Shown here piece after piece: positions 19,690 to 27,929 of a DNA stretch of 64,000 bases. Both the position numbers and the translations under genes were made by a program. The DNA lies in contig JBAXTU010000001.1 of the NCBI GenBank assembly GCA_037130015.1, positions 5,153 through 69,152 of the forward strand, given 5' to 3'. The stretch's first letter is position 1. Each line of letters opens with the position of its first letter. The stretch is from a bacterium. Lineage in GTDB: Bacteria; Patescibacteriota; Patescibacteriia; 2-01-FULL-39-33. Under the pieces are notes generated by a model that saw only the letters and a program-made list of their open reading frames with translations, did not search any database and was not told the origin of the DNA.

Positions 19690-20121
19690 ATGTATCAAGT
19701 TGTAGTGCCACAATTTTTGGATGTTGAAGATAAGGTTTTTGGGCCTATTACTATCAGGCAGTTTATTGAAATGCTGATGGGCGCTTTGTTGATTTTTATT
19801 TTTAATAAAATTTTTGATTTTTCTTTGTTTGTTTTGTCTGCTTTTGTCGTGGGAATAATTACCGGCGTGTTGGCTTTTGTAAAAATTAACGGTCAGCCTT
19901 TTCATGAATTTTTATTAAATTTTTTGGGCACTATAAAAAATCCCAAGTTGAAAGTTTGGAAAAAAATGTTTACTAAAGAAGAAATAAAAAATGCCTTGCG
20001 TCCTGCTGATTTTAAGGCAGCTATGCCTAATTATGTGATGCGTCAGCCTGTCACTTCTTCAAAATTATCAGAATTGTCTTTGATAGTTGATACGGGAGGA
20101 GTTTATCATGGAGAAAGCTAG
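19690..20121 (+). CDS. prgI: PrgI-family (VirB3-like) protein
   Basis: VPQFLDVEDKVFGPITIRQF, two TMs, INGQPF. Confidence 0.85.
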   Translation: MYQVVVPQFLDVEDKVFGPITIRQFIEMLMGALLIFIFNKIFDFSLFVLSAFVVGIITGVLAFVKINGQPFHEFLLNFLGTIKNPKLKVWKKMFTKEEIKNALRPADFKAAMPNYVMRQPVTSSKLSELSLIVDTGGVYHGES

Positions 20122-20156
20122 GCTTAATTATTTAATTTTTAAAATTATTAAAAAAT

Positions 20157-20828
20157 ATGGCTGATAGAAAAGCGACAAAAAAAACTCCATCTGTACAAAT
20201 GTATTTGAATATTGCTGAAATCAGGGATAATGCTATAATTTTAAAAGAGGGCTCGCTCAGAGCGGTGCTTTTGGTGTCTAGTATTAATTTTGCTCTCAAA
20301 GCCGAAGACGAACAAAATGCCATTATTTCAGGTTATATAAGTTTTTTGAATTCTCTTGATACTCCGTTGCAAATTTTGGTTCAATCTCGTGTTTTGGATT
20401 TGGATACTTATTTGGATAGTATTAAATCGGCTGAAGAAAAACAAACCAATGAACTATTAAAATTACAAACAGCAGAATATCGGCGTTATATAAGTGATTT
20501 AGTGTCGTTGGGAGATATTATGACTAAACGTTTTTATGTGGTGGTGCCTTATAATATTCTTTCCAATAAAAAAAGAAGCTTTACTAAGCGTATTGGTGAT
20601 ATTATTTCTCCAACTAGTGTTATTAATCTAAGTCAAAAACAATTTGCCAAAGAACACAAAGAACTTTTTATGATTGTTGATAAGGTTTTGTCGGGCTTGT
20701 CCAGCATGGGACTTCGCGCTTCTATTCTTGATACTCAGGCTTTGATTGAATTGTTTTATAATACTTATAACCCCACGGTTTCCCGCCGTGAAAAATTAAG
20801 CGATTTGTCAAAATTAAATTTAGAATAA
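20157..20828 (+). CDS. VirB4-associated protein (TraC/TrsD-like N-terminal partner)
   Basis: LRAVLLVSSINFALK..EQNAII…FLNSL and FYVVVPY motifs; lies between prgI and virB4. Confidence 0.65.
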   Translation: MADRKATKKTPSVQMYLNIAEIRDNAIILKEGSLRAVLLVSSINFALKAEDEQNAIISGYISFLNSLDTPLQILVQSRVLDLDTYLDSIKSAEEKQTNELLKLQTAEYRRYISDLVSLGDIMTKRFYVVVPYNILSNKKRSFTKRIGDIISPTSVINLSQKQFAKEHKELFMIVDKVLSGLSSMGLRASILDTQALIELFYNTYNPTVSRREKLSDLSKLNLE

Positions 20829-20835
20829 TTATTTT

Positions 20836-22848
20836 ATGTTTGATCCTAATGAAATAAATAACACATCACCTGGCGCTCAGCCGTATATTCGTCCGGAGGA
20901 TCAGGTCAAAGTCACTTTGGAACAAAAGAAGCAATTAGAGCGCAATGAATCGTCTAATACCAAAGAAGTTTTAGAGGAAGAATTAATTTATCGCCGAGGT
21001 ATTGTTTCGGTGCGTGATTTGATTTCTCCGTCTTCTTTGGAAATCACTAGTTCTTATATTCATTTGGATGATAAATATGTGCGTACACTTTTTATAGTGG
21101 AATATCCGCGTTATATTTCGGTTGGTTGGTTTGCGCCAATTATTAATATGGATATTACAGCTGACATGTCTTTTTTCTTTTATCCCGTCAAGGCTCCGGT
21201 GATTTTGAAACAATTAAAAAAGAAAGTCGGCAATGTAGAAGCTGATCTTATTAGTCGTGCCGAAAAAGGAGCGCCTAGAGATCCTTTGCTTGAAACCGCA
21301 CTTCGTGATATGGAAAAATTGCGTGATGATTTGACCCAGGGTATTGAACATTTTTTTCAGACAGGACTTTATATTACTGTTTATGCCAAATCAATAGAGG
21401 ATTTGGATAGAAATTGTGATCGTGTAGAGAATTTTTTCGGTTCAACTTTGATATATTCCAAACGTGTTTTTTATCAAGCTGAACAAGGTTTCAATTCAAC
21501 TTTGCCTTTGGCTTTTGATGAGTTACAAATATTAATAAATGTGAATACTTCGCCGGCGGCCAGCTCGTTTCCGTTTGTTTCATCTGATTTGACATCTGAC
21601 CGTGGTATTTTGTATGGTATTAATCGCCATAATAATTCCTTGATTTTGTTTGATAGGTTTTCTATGCAAAACGCTAATATGGTGGTGTTTGCCACTTCCG
21701 GTGCTGGCAAATCTTATATTATTAAATTAGAAGTTTTGCGCAGTTTAATGTTAGGAGTAGATGTTATTATTATTGATCCTGAGCGTGAATATAAACATTT
21801 GTGCGATGCTGTGGGTGGTACTTATATTGATATTTCTCTTAATTCAGAAAGCAAGATTAATCCTTTTGATTTGCCTCGCGCCATGGGTGAAGATGCCAAG
21901 CCTGCCGATATTATCCGTAGTGCTGTTATTACTGTAAAAGGACTTATCCGTCTGATGATCGGCAATGTCACTTATGAAGAAGATTCTATTATTGATAGAG
22001 CGCTTTTGGAAACTTATGCCAAAAAAGATATTACGCCTGATGTTGATTTGACCAAAATTGAACCGCCAATTTTGTCTGATTTTCAAACTATTTTGGAAGG
22101 TATGGAAGGCGCGGAAAATATAGCACTTCGTCTAAAAAAATACACTGAAGGTACTTTTGCCGGGCTTATTAATAGTCCGACCAATGTGGAGATGGCTAAT
22201 CAGTTGGTTATTTTTAGTGTTCGTGATTTAGAAGATGAGCTTAAGCCGATTGCTATTTATACTATTGTTAATTACATTTGGAATGTGGTGCGCAGTGAAA
22301 TGAAAAAAAGAATTATGATTATTGATGAAGCTTGGTGGTTGATGCAAAGAGAAGATAGTGCTAAATTTATTTTTGCTCTTGTTAAAAGATGCAGAAAATA
22401 TTTTTTGGGAGTGACAACCATCACTCAAGATGTGAACGATTTTTTGACTTCACCTTATGGCCAGGCTATTGTTAATAATTCAGCTATGCAAGTGCTCTTA
22501 AAGCAAACGCCGGCAGCTGTGGGTTTGGTGCAAAAAACTTTCATGCTTACCGAAGGTGAAAAATATTTGTTATTAGAATCGTCTGTCGGAGAAGGCATCT
22601 TTTTTGCTGGTTCCAAGCATGCGGCCATTAAAGTAGTAGCGTCATATTCCGAAGACCAACTGATTACTTCTGATCCACGGCAACTTTTGGAAATTGAACA
22701 AGCCAAAAAAGAATTTGCTGAATCCATGAAAAATGAAGCAGAAGAACAGCCCGAAGAGGAGGCAGAAAAAAGTGAAGAAGAAAAGACTGATGAAACAAAA
22801 ACCGAAACACCAGCTGAGGCGGAAAAACAAACCGTCGCAAAAACATAA
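20836..22848 (+). CDS. virB4: VirB4/TraC-family T4SS ATPase
   Basis: Walker A ATSGAGKS, IIDPEREY, INPFD, Walker B IIDEAW, RCRKY and TITQ motifs; acidic tail. Confidence 0.9.
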   Translation: MFDPNEINNTSPGAQPYIRPEDQVKVTLEQKKQLERNESSNTKEVLEEELIYRRGIVSVRDLISPSSLEITSSYIHLDDKYVRTLFIVEYPRYISVGWFAPIINMDITADMSFFFYPVKAPVILKQLKKKVGNVEADLISRAEKGAPRDPLLETALRDMEKLRDDLTQGIEHFFQTGLYITVYAKSIEDLDRNCDRVENFFGSTLIYSKRVFYQAEQGFNSTLPLAFDELQILINVNTSPAASSFPFVSSDLTSDRGILYGINRHNNSLILFDRFSMQNANMVVFATSGAGKSYIIKLEVLRSLMLGVDVIIIDPEREYKHLCDAVGGTYIDISLNSESKINPFDLPRAMGEDAKPADIIRSAVITVKGLIRLMIGNVTYEEDSIIDRALLETYAKKDITPDVDLTKIEPPILSDFQTILEGMEGAENIALRLKKYTEGTFAGLINSPTNVEMANQLVIFSVRDLEDELKPIAIYTIVNYIWNVVRSEMKKRIMIIDEAWWLMQREDSAKFIFALVKRCRKYFLGVTTITQDVNDFLTSPYGQAIVNNSAMQVLLKQTPAAVGLVQKTFMLTEGEKYLLLESSVGEGIFFAGSKHAAIKVVASYSEDQLITSDPRQLLEIEQAKKEFAESMKNEAEEQPEEEAEKSEEEKTDETKTETPAEAEKQTVAKT

Positions 22849-22868
22849 ATTAAATTAATTTATTTCTT

Positions 22869-23441
22869 ATGGACAATAGAAGAAGAAACATTATTATTGC
22901 TTTGGTGGTCGTATTTATTATTCTGATAGCCTTGATTTTATGGTTAATGTTGCGTAAGCCAGCTCCAGCGCCAGTGGTTTTACCTCCTGTTGTTGGTAGT
23001 ATTGATCTTGGTGCTGAATTAAATAATCAATTAAGCAATTTGCCATCTTCTTCGCCACAACGTTTGGCTCAGGAAAAGAATTATCCGCTTGGTTTGAAAC
23101 AATTGGCTTTTTCGTTTGCTGAACGACTAGGCACTTATTCCAGTGATGCTGGGCTTAACAATTTTATTGAACTTAGAAAAGATATGACGTCCAAGATGCA
23201 ATCCACGGCCAATCAAATGGCCGGAGCTGTGAAATTTTCTCCGAACACTTTTGAAAGTTTTGATACTAAAGCACTCAGTGCTAATTTGTTGCTTGTTGAT
23301 GCGGTGAGCGCTAAAGTGACAGTGAGTGTACAACAAAAACATACTATTGGCACCAGCACTTCAATGATTTATCCAAATTTGTCGCTTAGTTTTTTAAAGT
23401 CTGGTGATAAATGGCTAGTTGATACAGCGAAGTGGCAATAA
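22869..23441 (+). CDS. Bitopic protein, possible VirB8/TcpC-like (NTF2 fold)
   Basis: N-terminal TM, Pro linker, C-terminal …FLKSGDKWLVD; follows virB4. The fold is an inference. Confidence 0.5.
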   Translation: MDNRRRNIIIALVVVFIILIALILWLMLRKPAPAPVVLPPVVGSIDLGAELNNQLSNLPSSSPQRLAQEKNYPLGLKQLAFSFAERLGTYSSDAGLNNFIELRKDMTSKMQSTANQMAGAVKFSPNTFESFDTKALSANLLLVDAVSAKVTVSVQQKHTIGTSTSMIYPNLSLSFLKSGDKWLVDTAKWQ

Positions 23442-24136
23442 AAGAGTACAAAAGAATATTTTTAGATTTGTTATTTCCTATTTATTGTCTTGGTTGTAAA
23501 AAGGAAGAAAATTATTTATGTGATAATTGTCGTCAAACCCTAAAAATAAATGAAATATATTTTTGTCCTTTATGTGGTATTGAACAGTCTAACGCACGAG
23601 CATGTCTGACTTGCGAACAAAAATCATTTTTGGACGGTTTGTTGGTAGCGACTGATTTTAAACAGCCAATTGTTAATCAGGCCATTCATTTATTAAAATA
23701 TAATTTTGTCACTGAGTTGGTAGAAATTTTTGAAGAACCTTTGAAAAAATATTTGCAAAAAAATAAAGATTGGAATAGTGATTTTTTATTGTTGCCCGTA
23801 CCGCTTCATCCCAAGCGTCTGCGAGAAAGGGGATTTAATCAAGCTGAATTAATTTGTACTTTAATTAAAAAAATCAGTGGTAATGAATTAGCTCAGCCGT
23901 TGTTGCAAAAAATTCAATATACCAAACCGCAAGCCAAGGTGAGTCAGGCTCAAAATCGTTGGGCCAATATAAGTGGTAGTTTTGCTTATAATAATTTGGA
24001 ATTAACTATTGAAAAAATAAATATTATATTGGTTGATGATGTTTGCACTACTGGCGCCACCTTGCAAGAATGCGCCAAAATCTTAAAAAATAACGGTTGG
24101 AAAAACGTTTGGGGACTGACGCTGGCTAGGGGTTGA
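23432..24136 (+). CDS. comF: Competence protein ComF (zinc ribbon + PRTase)
   Basis: Four CxxC pairs, PVPLH, RERGFNQA and LVDDVCTTGATL. Confidence 0.93.
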   Translation: MAIKEYKRIFLDLLFPIYCLGCKKEENYLCDNCRQTLKINEIYFCPLCGIEQSNARACLTCEQKSFLDGLLVATDFKQPIVNQAIHLLKYNFVTELVEIFEEPLKKYLQKNKDWNSDFLLLPVPLHPKRLRERGFNQAELICTLIKKISGNELAQPLLQKIQYTKPQAKVSQAQNRWANISGSFAYNNLELTIEKINIILVDDVCTTGATLQECAKILKNNGWKNVWGLTLARG

Positions 24137-24178
24137 AAAAATGTTGGAAAGATGATAATATGTGGTAGAGGTTTACCT

Positions 24179-24268
24179 GGAGAGGTGGCTGAGTGGCTGA
24201 AAGCGACGGTTTGCTAAACCGTTGAGCGTCTTTTTGGCGCTCCGGGGGTTCGAATCCCCCCTTCTCCG
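24179..24268 (+). tRNA. tRNA-Ser(GCT)
   Basis: GGAGAGG/CTTCTCC acceptor stem; ACGGT-TTGCTAA-ACCGT anticodon arm; long variable arm; TTCGAAT loop; CCA not encoded. Confidence 0.95.
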
Positions 24269-24282
24269 AAGATTTAAAATAG

Positions 24283-24369
24283 GGAGAGGTGGCAGAGCGG
24301 TTGAATGCGTCAGTCTTGAAAACTGAAGTCCCCTTAAAAGGACCGCGAGTTCGAATCTCGCCCTCTCCG
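24283..24369 (+). tRNA. tRNA-Ser(TGA)
   Basis: GGAGAGG/CCTCTCC acceptor stem; TCAGT-CTTGAAA-ACTGA anticodon arm; long variable arm; CCA not encoded. Confidence 0.95.
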
Positions 24370-24415
24370 ATTGTAGATTATTTTAAATTAAAATTAAAAA
24401 GATATTTTTAAACCT

Positions 24416-24916
24416 ATGGAAGGTGACAAAAATCAAAACATGCAATTTGCCGAAGCTATTTTTGCTTGGCAATTTCCCGAGTACGAAAAATACCAAAAAA
24501 GTTTTTGGTGGTATGTAATCACATTGGTGGTTTTAATTTTTGCCGTTTGGTGGCTAATTTTGGATCAAAATTATGTTTTTGCCATTTTCTTGGTTTTATT
24601 TTATTTGTTAGTAATTTTTTATGATGTCAGACAGCAGGAGATAGTTGATTTTATTATCACGCCTGATGGTTTTATGTTCGGCAAGAGGTTTTATGAGTAT
24701 AGGGAAATTTCTGATTTTTTTATTATTTATCAGAATAATGGCATAAAAAATTTGTATTTTGATTTTAAAAATCCACTCAAGGGCAGATTGATTGTGCCAA
24801 TAGATGGACAAAACGCCGTGGCCGTACGTGAATATCTACTCAAGTATATGCATGAAAATTTGGAACGTGAAGCCGAACCATTATCCGAGATTTTTCGCAG
24901 ACTCTTGAAATTTTAA
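24416..24916 (+). CDS. Hypothetical membrane protein (2 TM + small soluble domain)
   Basis: 166-aa ORF with two hydrophobic helices. Confidence 0.7.
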   Translation: MEGDKNQNMQFAEAIFAWQFPEYEKYQKSFWWYVITLVVLIFAVWWLILDQNYVFAIFLVLFYLLVIFYDVRQQEIVDFIITPDGFMFGKRFYEYREISDFFIIYQNNGIKNLYFDFKNPLKGRLIVPIDGQNAVAVREYLLKYMHENLEREAEPLSEIFRRLLKF

Positions 24917-24953
24917 TTGTTTTGTGTTATATTTTTGTTGTTTAGTATTGTCT

Positions 24954-25027
24954 GTCCTCGTAGCTTAGCTGGATAAAGCGTCAGCTTGCGGAGCTGAAGA
25001 TCGCAGGTTCAAATCCTGCCGGGGACA
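24954..25027 (+). tRNA. tRNA-Arg(GCG)
   Basis: GTCCTCG/CGGGGAC acceptor stem; TCAGC-TTGCGGA-GCTGA anticodon arm; GCAGG-TTCAAAT-CCTGC T arm. Confidence 0.92.
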
Positions 25028-25033
25028 CAAGAA

Positions 25034-25070
25034 AAAGTTAAAAGTAGAAAGTTTATAAAGTTCATAAAGT
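25034..25070 (+). repeat. Five AAAGT units spaced 7-9 bp apart, directly before recG
   Basis: aaagtta-aaagtag-aaagtttat-aaagttcat-aaagt. Confidence 0.5.
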
Positions 25071-25072
25071 CC

Positions 25073-27136
25073 ATGTTGTCTTTGCAATCAAAAATTTCTG
25101 AAATCAACGGCATCGGCAAATCCAAGGCTAACAAATTTAAAAAACTTGAAATTGAGACCGTTCGCGATCTCATTTTTTATTATCCTTTTCGTTATGATGA
25201 TTTTAGTCAGCTAAAAAAAATTAGCGAGCTTAGTGTGGGGGATGTGGCTACAATTCGCGCCAAAGTGGAACTTATCGCGGCCAAGCGTAGTCCGCGTCAG
25301 CGAAAAATAATTACCGAAGCGCTCATTAGCGACGAGACTGATCAAATAAAAATAATTTGGTTTAATCAGCCATGGATTGCCAAGTCTATTCGTCCAGGAG
25401 ATGAATTATTTATTTCCGGCAAAGTGGCTGGTGATCTTTTTAATTTGTATTTTTCTTCGCCCAGCTATGAAAAAGTTTCGGCCCATAGTTTGCATACAGC
25501 TAGACTGGTGCCGATTTATTCGCTCACCCAAGGTCTCACTTCTAAGCAATTGCGATATATAATCGGATCGGCACTTGATTCGGTGGAGAAAGTAGAAGAT
25601 TGGTTGCCAACCGAGATAAAAAAAGAAAACAAATTGGCAGATTTAAAATTTGCTGTGCGTGCTGTTCATTTTCCGGAGAGCGCTGATGAGCTAGTTGTCG
25701 CTAGACGACGACTGGCTTGGGATGAATTATTTTTGGTGCAATTGTGGGCCCAGTTGATGCGTCGTGATTTAAAAAATAAACAGAGCAGAGTTATAAATTT
25801 TTTTGAAAATGAAACCAAAGATTTTGTAAAAAATTTAAAATTCACGCTCACTGTTGATCAAAAAAAAGTGGCTTGGGAAATTTTGAAAGACATTGGCAAG
25901 GCCGAACCAATGAATCGTTTGTTGGAAGGTGATGTGGGTAGTGGCAAGACCGTGGTAGCGACCATGTGTATGTATAATGCGGTTTTGAATAATTTTCAGT
26001 CAGCTCTTATGGCGCCAACGGAAATTTTGGCAACCCAGCATTTTAATAATTTATCAAAGCTATTTGATAATACTAATATTCGCCTGGGACTTGCCACTTC
26101 CAGCCAAAAAATTATTGGCCAAGAAAATTTATCAAAAAAAGATTTTTATAAAAAATGCGAGAACGGAGAAGTTGATATTATTATTGGCACTCATGCGCTT
26201 ATTCAAAAAGAAGTAAATTTTAAGGATTTGGCACTGGTTATTATTGATGAACAGCATCGTTTTGGCGTGGAGCAAAGGGAAGTTTTGAAAAGCAAAGGAG
26301 CGAAAAAAAATGTGCCTCATTTTTTGTCACTCACGGCCACGCCAATTCCACGATCACTAGCGCTCACTCTTTATGGGGATTTGGATTTGTCCATAATAAA
26401 ACAAATGCCCATGGGGCGAAAGCAAATTATTACGAGATTAATTCCACCAGATAAAAGAAGTTTGGCCTATGGTTTTATTCGTCAAGAAATAGCCAAAGGC
26501 AGGCAAGTTTTTGTGATTTGTCCACGCATTGATGCTGGTGATAAATTTGGTTCGGCTTCGGTCAAAGTTGAATTTGAAAAATTAAGCCAGGATATTTTTT
26601 CTGATTTATCAGTAGGACTGCTTCATGGTAAAATGAAATCAGTTGAAAAAGAAAAAGTGATGGCTGATTTTGCGCAAAATAAAATTTCTATTTTAGTGGC
26701 CACTTCTGTGGTAGAGGTTGGTGTGGATATTCCTAATGCCACCGTGATGATGATTGAAGGATCAGAAAGATTCGGCCTTTCTCAGTTGCACCAATTCCGC
26801 GGTCGGGTTGGCCGAGGCGAGGAACAAGCGTATTGTTTTTTGTTCAGTGAGTCAAATGATTTGCAAACATTGTCCCGTTTGTCAGCGCTGGTAAAATGCC
26901 ATGATGGTTTTGAATTGTCTCAGCTGGATTTGAAAAATCGCGGTAGTGGTCAGCTTTATGGTTATGACCAGTCTGGTTTTATGAATTTTAAAATTGCTGA
27001 TTTAAATGATTTAGAACTTATAAAACAAACTAAGCTATCAGCCGAAAAACTGGTCAGGCAGAATTCTGATTTGTCTGCTTGGCCGGCTTTAAATGAAAAA
27101 TTATTATCTTTGGAATTATCTACTCATGGCGAATAA
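25073..27136 (+). CDS. recG: ATP-dependent DNA helicase RecG
   Basis: MNRLLEGDVGSGKT, APTEILA, IIDEQHRFG, TATPIPRS and QLHQFRGRVGRG motifs. Confidence 0.97.
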   Translation: MLSLQSKISEINGIGKSKANKFKKLEIETVRDLIFYYPFRYDDFSQLKKISELSVGDVATIRAKVELIAAKRSPRQRKIITEALISDETDQIKIIWFNQPWIAKSIRPGDELFISGKVAGDLFNLYFSSPSYEKVSAHSLHTARLVPIYSLTQGLTSKQLRYIIGSALDSVEKVEDWLPTEIKKENKLADLKFAVRAVHFPESADELVVARRRLAWDELFLVQLWAQLMRRDLKNKQSRVINFFENETKDFVKNLKFTLTVDQKKVAWEILKDIGKAEPMNRLLEGDVGSGKTVVATMCMYNAVLNNFQSALMAPTEILATQHFNNLSKLFDNTNIRLGLATSSQKIIGQENLSKKDFYKKCENGEVDIIIGTHALIQKEVNFKDLALVIIDEQHRFGVEQREVLKSKGAKKNVPHFLSLTATPIPRSLALTLYGDLDLSIIKQMPMGRKQIITRLIPPDKRSLAYGFIRQEIAKGRQVFVICPRIDAGDKFGSASVKVEFEKLSQDIFSDLSVGLLHGKMKSVEKEKVMADFAQNKISILVATSVVEVGVDIPNATVMMIEGSERFGLSQLHQFRGRVGRGEEQAYCFLFSESNDLQTLSRLSALVKCHDGFELSQLDLKNRGSGQLYGYDQSGFMNFKIADLNDLELIKQTKLSAEKLVRQNSDLSAWPALNEKLLSLELSTHGE

Positions 27137-27143
27137 TTTTTTG

Positions 27144-27171
27144 TTGACTTTTTATTTTTTAGTGCTATAAT
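27144..27171 (+). promoter_or_regulatory. Sigma70-type promoter TTGACT-N16-TATAAT (with TG extension)
   Basis: Near-consensus -35 and -10 in the intergenic region. Confidence 0.75.
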
Positions 27172-27285
27172 ATATTATTATCAAGTTCTTTAGGCCCTTT
27201 TTACGGCTTTGGCTGAGAAAGGAGGAGTATGACTGGATTATTTTGATGAGATGGAAATAAACCAATAGACAAAGGATGAAAGAAT

Positions 27286-27501
27286 ATGGTAGCCACTAAG
27301 ACAAGGCCAGAAACAACAAGAGTCAGACGCAGTAAAACGGAAGTGGTTTTTTGTGAGACGTGCGACAATCCAATTGATCCGCGACGGGTTGATTTTTTGC
27401 AAAAATCGCAAATATCAGTTGTTAACTGTGTCACTTGCCAACAGCAAGAAGAAATGGCTGGTGCCACCACCAGAAGGCATATTAGACGCTCTTTTGAATA
27501 A
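27286..27501 (+). CDS. Small DksA/TraR-type C4 zinc-finger protein
   Basis: CETCDNPIDPRR…CVTCQQQEE matches the C-x2-C…I…R…C-x2-CQ pattern; has its own promoter and terminator. Confidence 0.65.
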   Translation: MVATKTRPETTRVRRSKTEVVFCETCDNPIDPRRVDFLQKSQISVVNCVTCQQQEEMAGATTRRHIRRSFE

Positions 27502-27526
27502 AAAGCGTTAACATCTCAAAAAAAAC

Positions 27527-27562
27527 GAGCAGTGAACCAAGTGTCACTGCTCTTATTTTTTT
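27527..27562 (+). terminator. Intrinsic terminator
   Basis: GAGCAGTGA…TCACTGCTC followed by TTATTTTTTT. Confidence 0.8.
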
Positions 27563-27571
27563 GTTTAAGAC

Positions 27572-27599
27572 TTGACAAATAAAAAAAATAAGTTATAAT
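27572..27599 (+). promoter_or_regulatory. Sigma70-type promoter TTGACA-N16-TATAAT
   Basis: Perfect consensus hexamers. Confidence 0.8.
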
Positions 27600-27675
27600 A
27601 GAGACAGTTAAACAAGAATAGTTCTTTAATCAGAGTCAATTTGACCGCAAAAATAAAAAAAGAAAGGAGGCGGTC

Positions 27676-27873
27676 ATGGAATTTTTTGACAGCTTTAACA
27701 ATGATCGCCAAGCCGTAGATGTCATTGAGGACATCGTGGACAAAGCCAAGGAGGGAGTGATTACTCCCAGAGAAGCCAGCAGATTAATTCTGCAAAAAGG
27801 TTATCTTGCCGAACCACCAAGGCTGGCATTAATTTTATCCTACAATAGGATAACAGACTTTTGTCCAAATTAA
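27676..27873 (+). CDS. Small hypothetical protein (65 aa)
   Basis: AAAGGAGG Shine-Dalgarno 5 nt before the ATG; own promoter and terminator. Confidence 0.7.
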   Translation: MEFFDSFNNDRQAVDVIEDIVDKAKEGVITPREASRLILQKGYLAEPPRLALILSYNRITDFCPN

Positions 27874-27890
27874 CTTGGTGTAACAACCCG

Positions 27891-27929
27891 CCCGTCATTC
27901 ACTATTGTGAAATGACGGGTTATTTTTTT
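27891..27929 (+). terminator. Intrinsic terminator between the mini-gene and convergent radA
   Basis: CCCGTCATT…AATGACGGG followed by TTATTTTTT. Confidence 0.8.

Noticed and set aside
24134-24136. Alternative genetic code (TGA=Gly) as in Gracilibacteria/Absconditabacteria
   Set aside because: Long ORFs translate without internal TGA, and comF ends at TGA at its expected C-terminus.
14277-25027. Integrative conjugative element inserted at the tRNA genes
   Set aside because: No integrase, relaxase or duplicated tRNA 3' end (att site) was found, and flanking genes are housekeeping.
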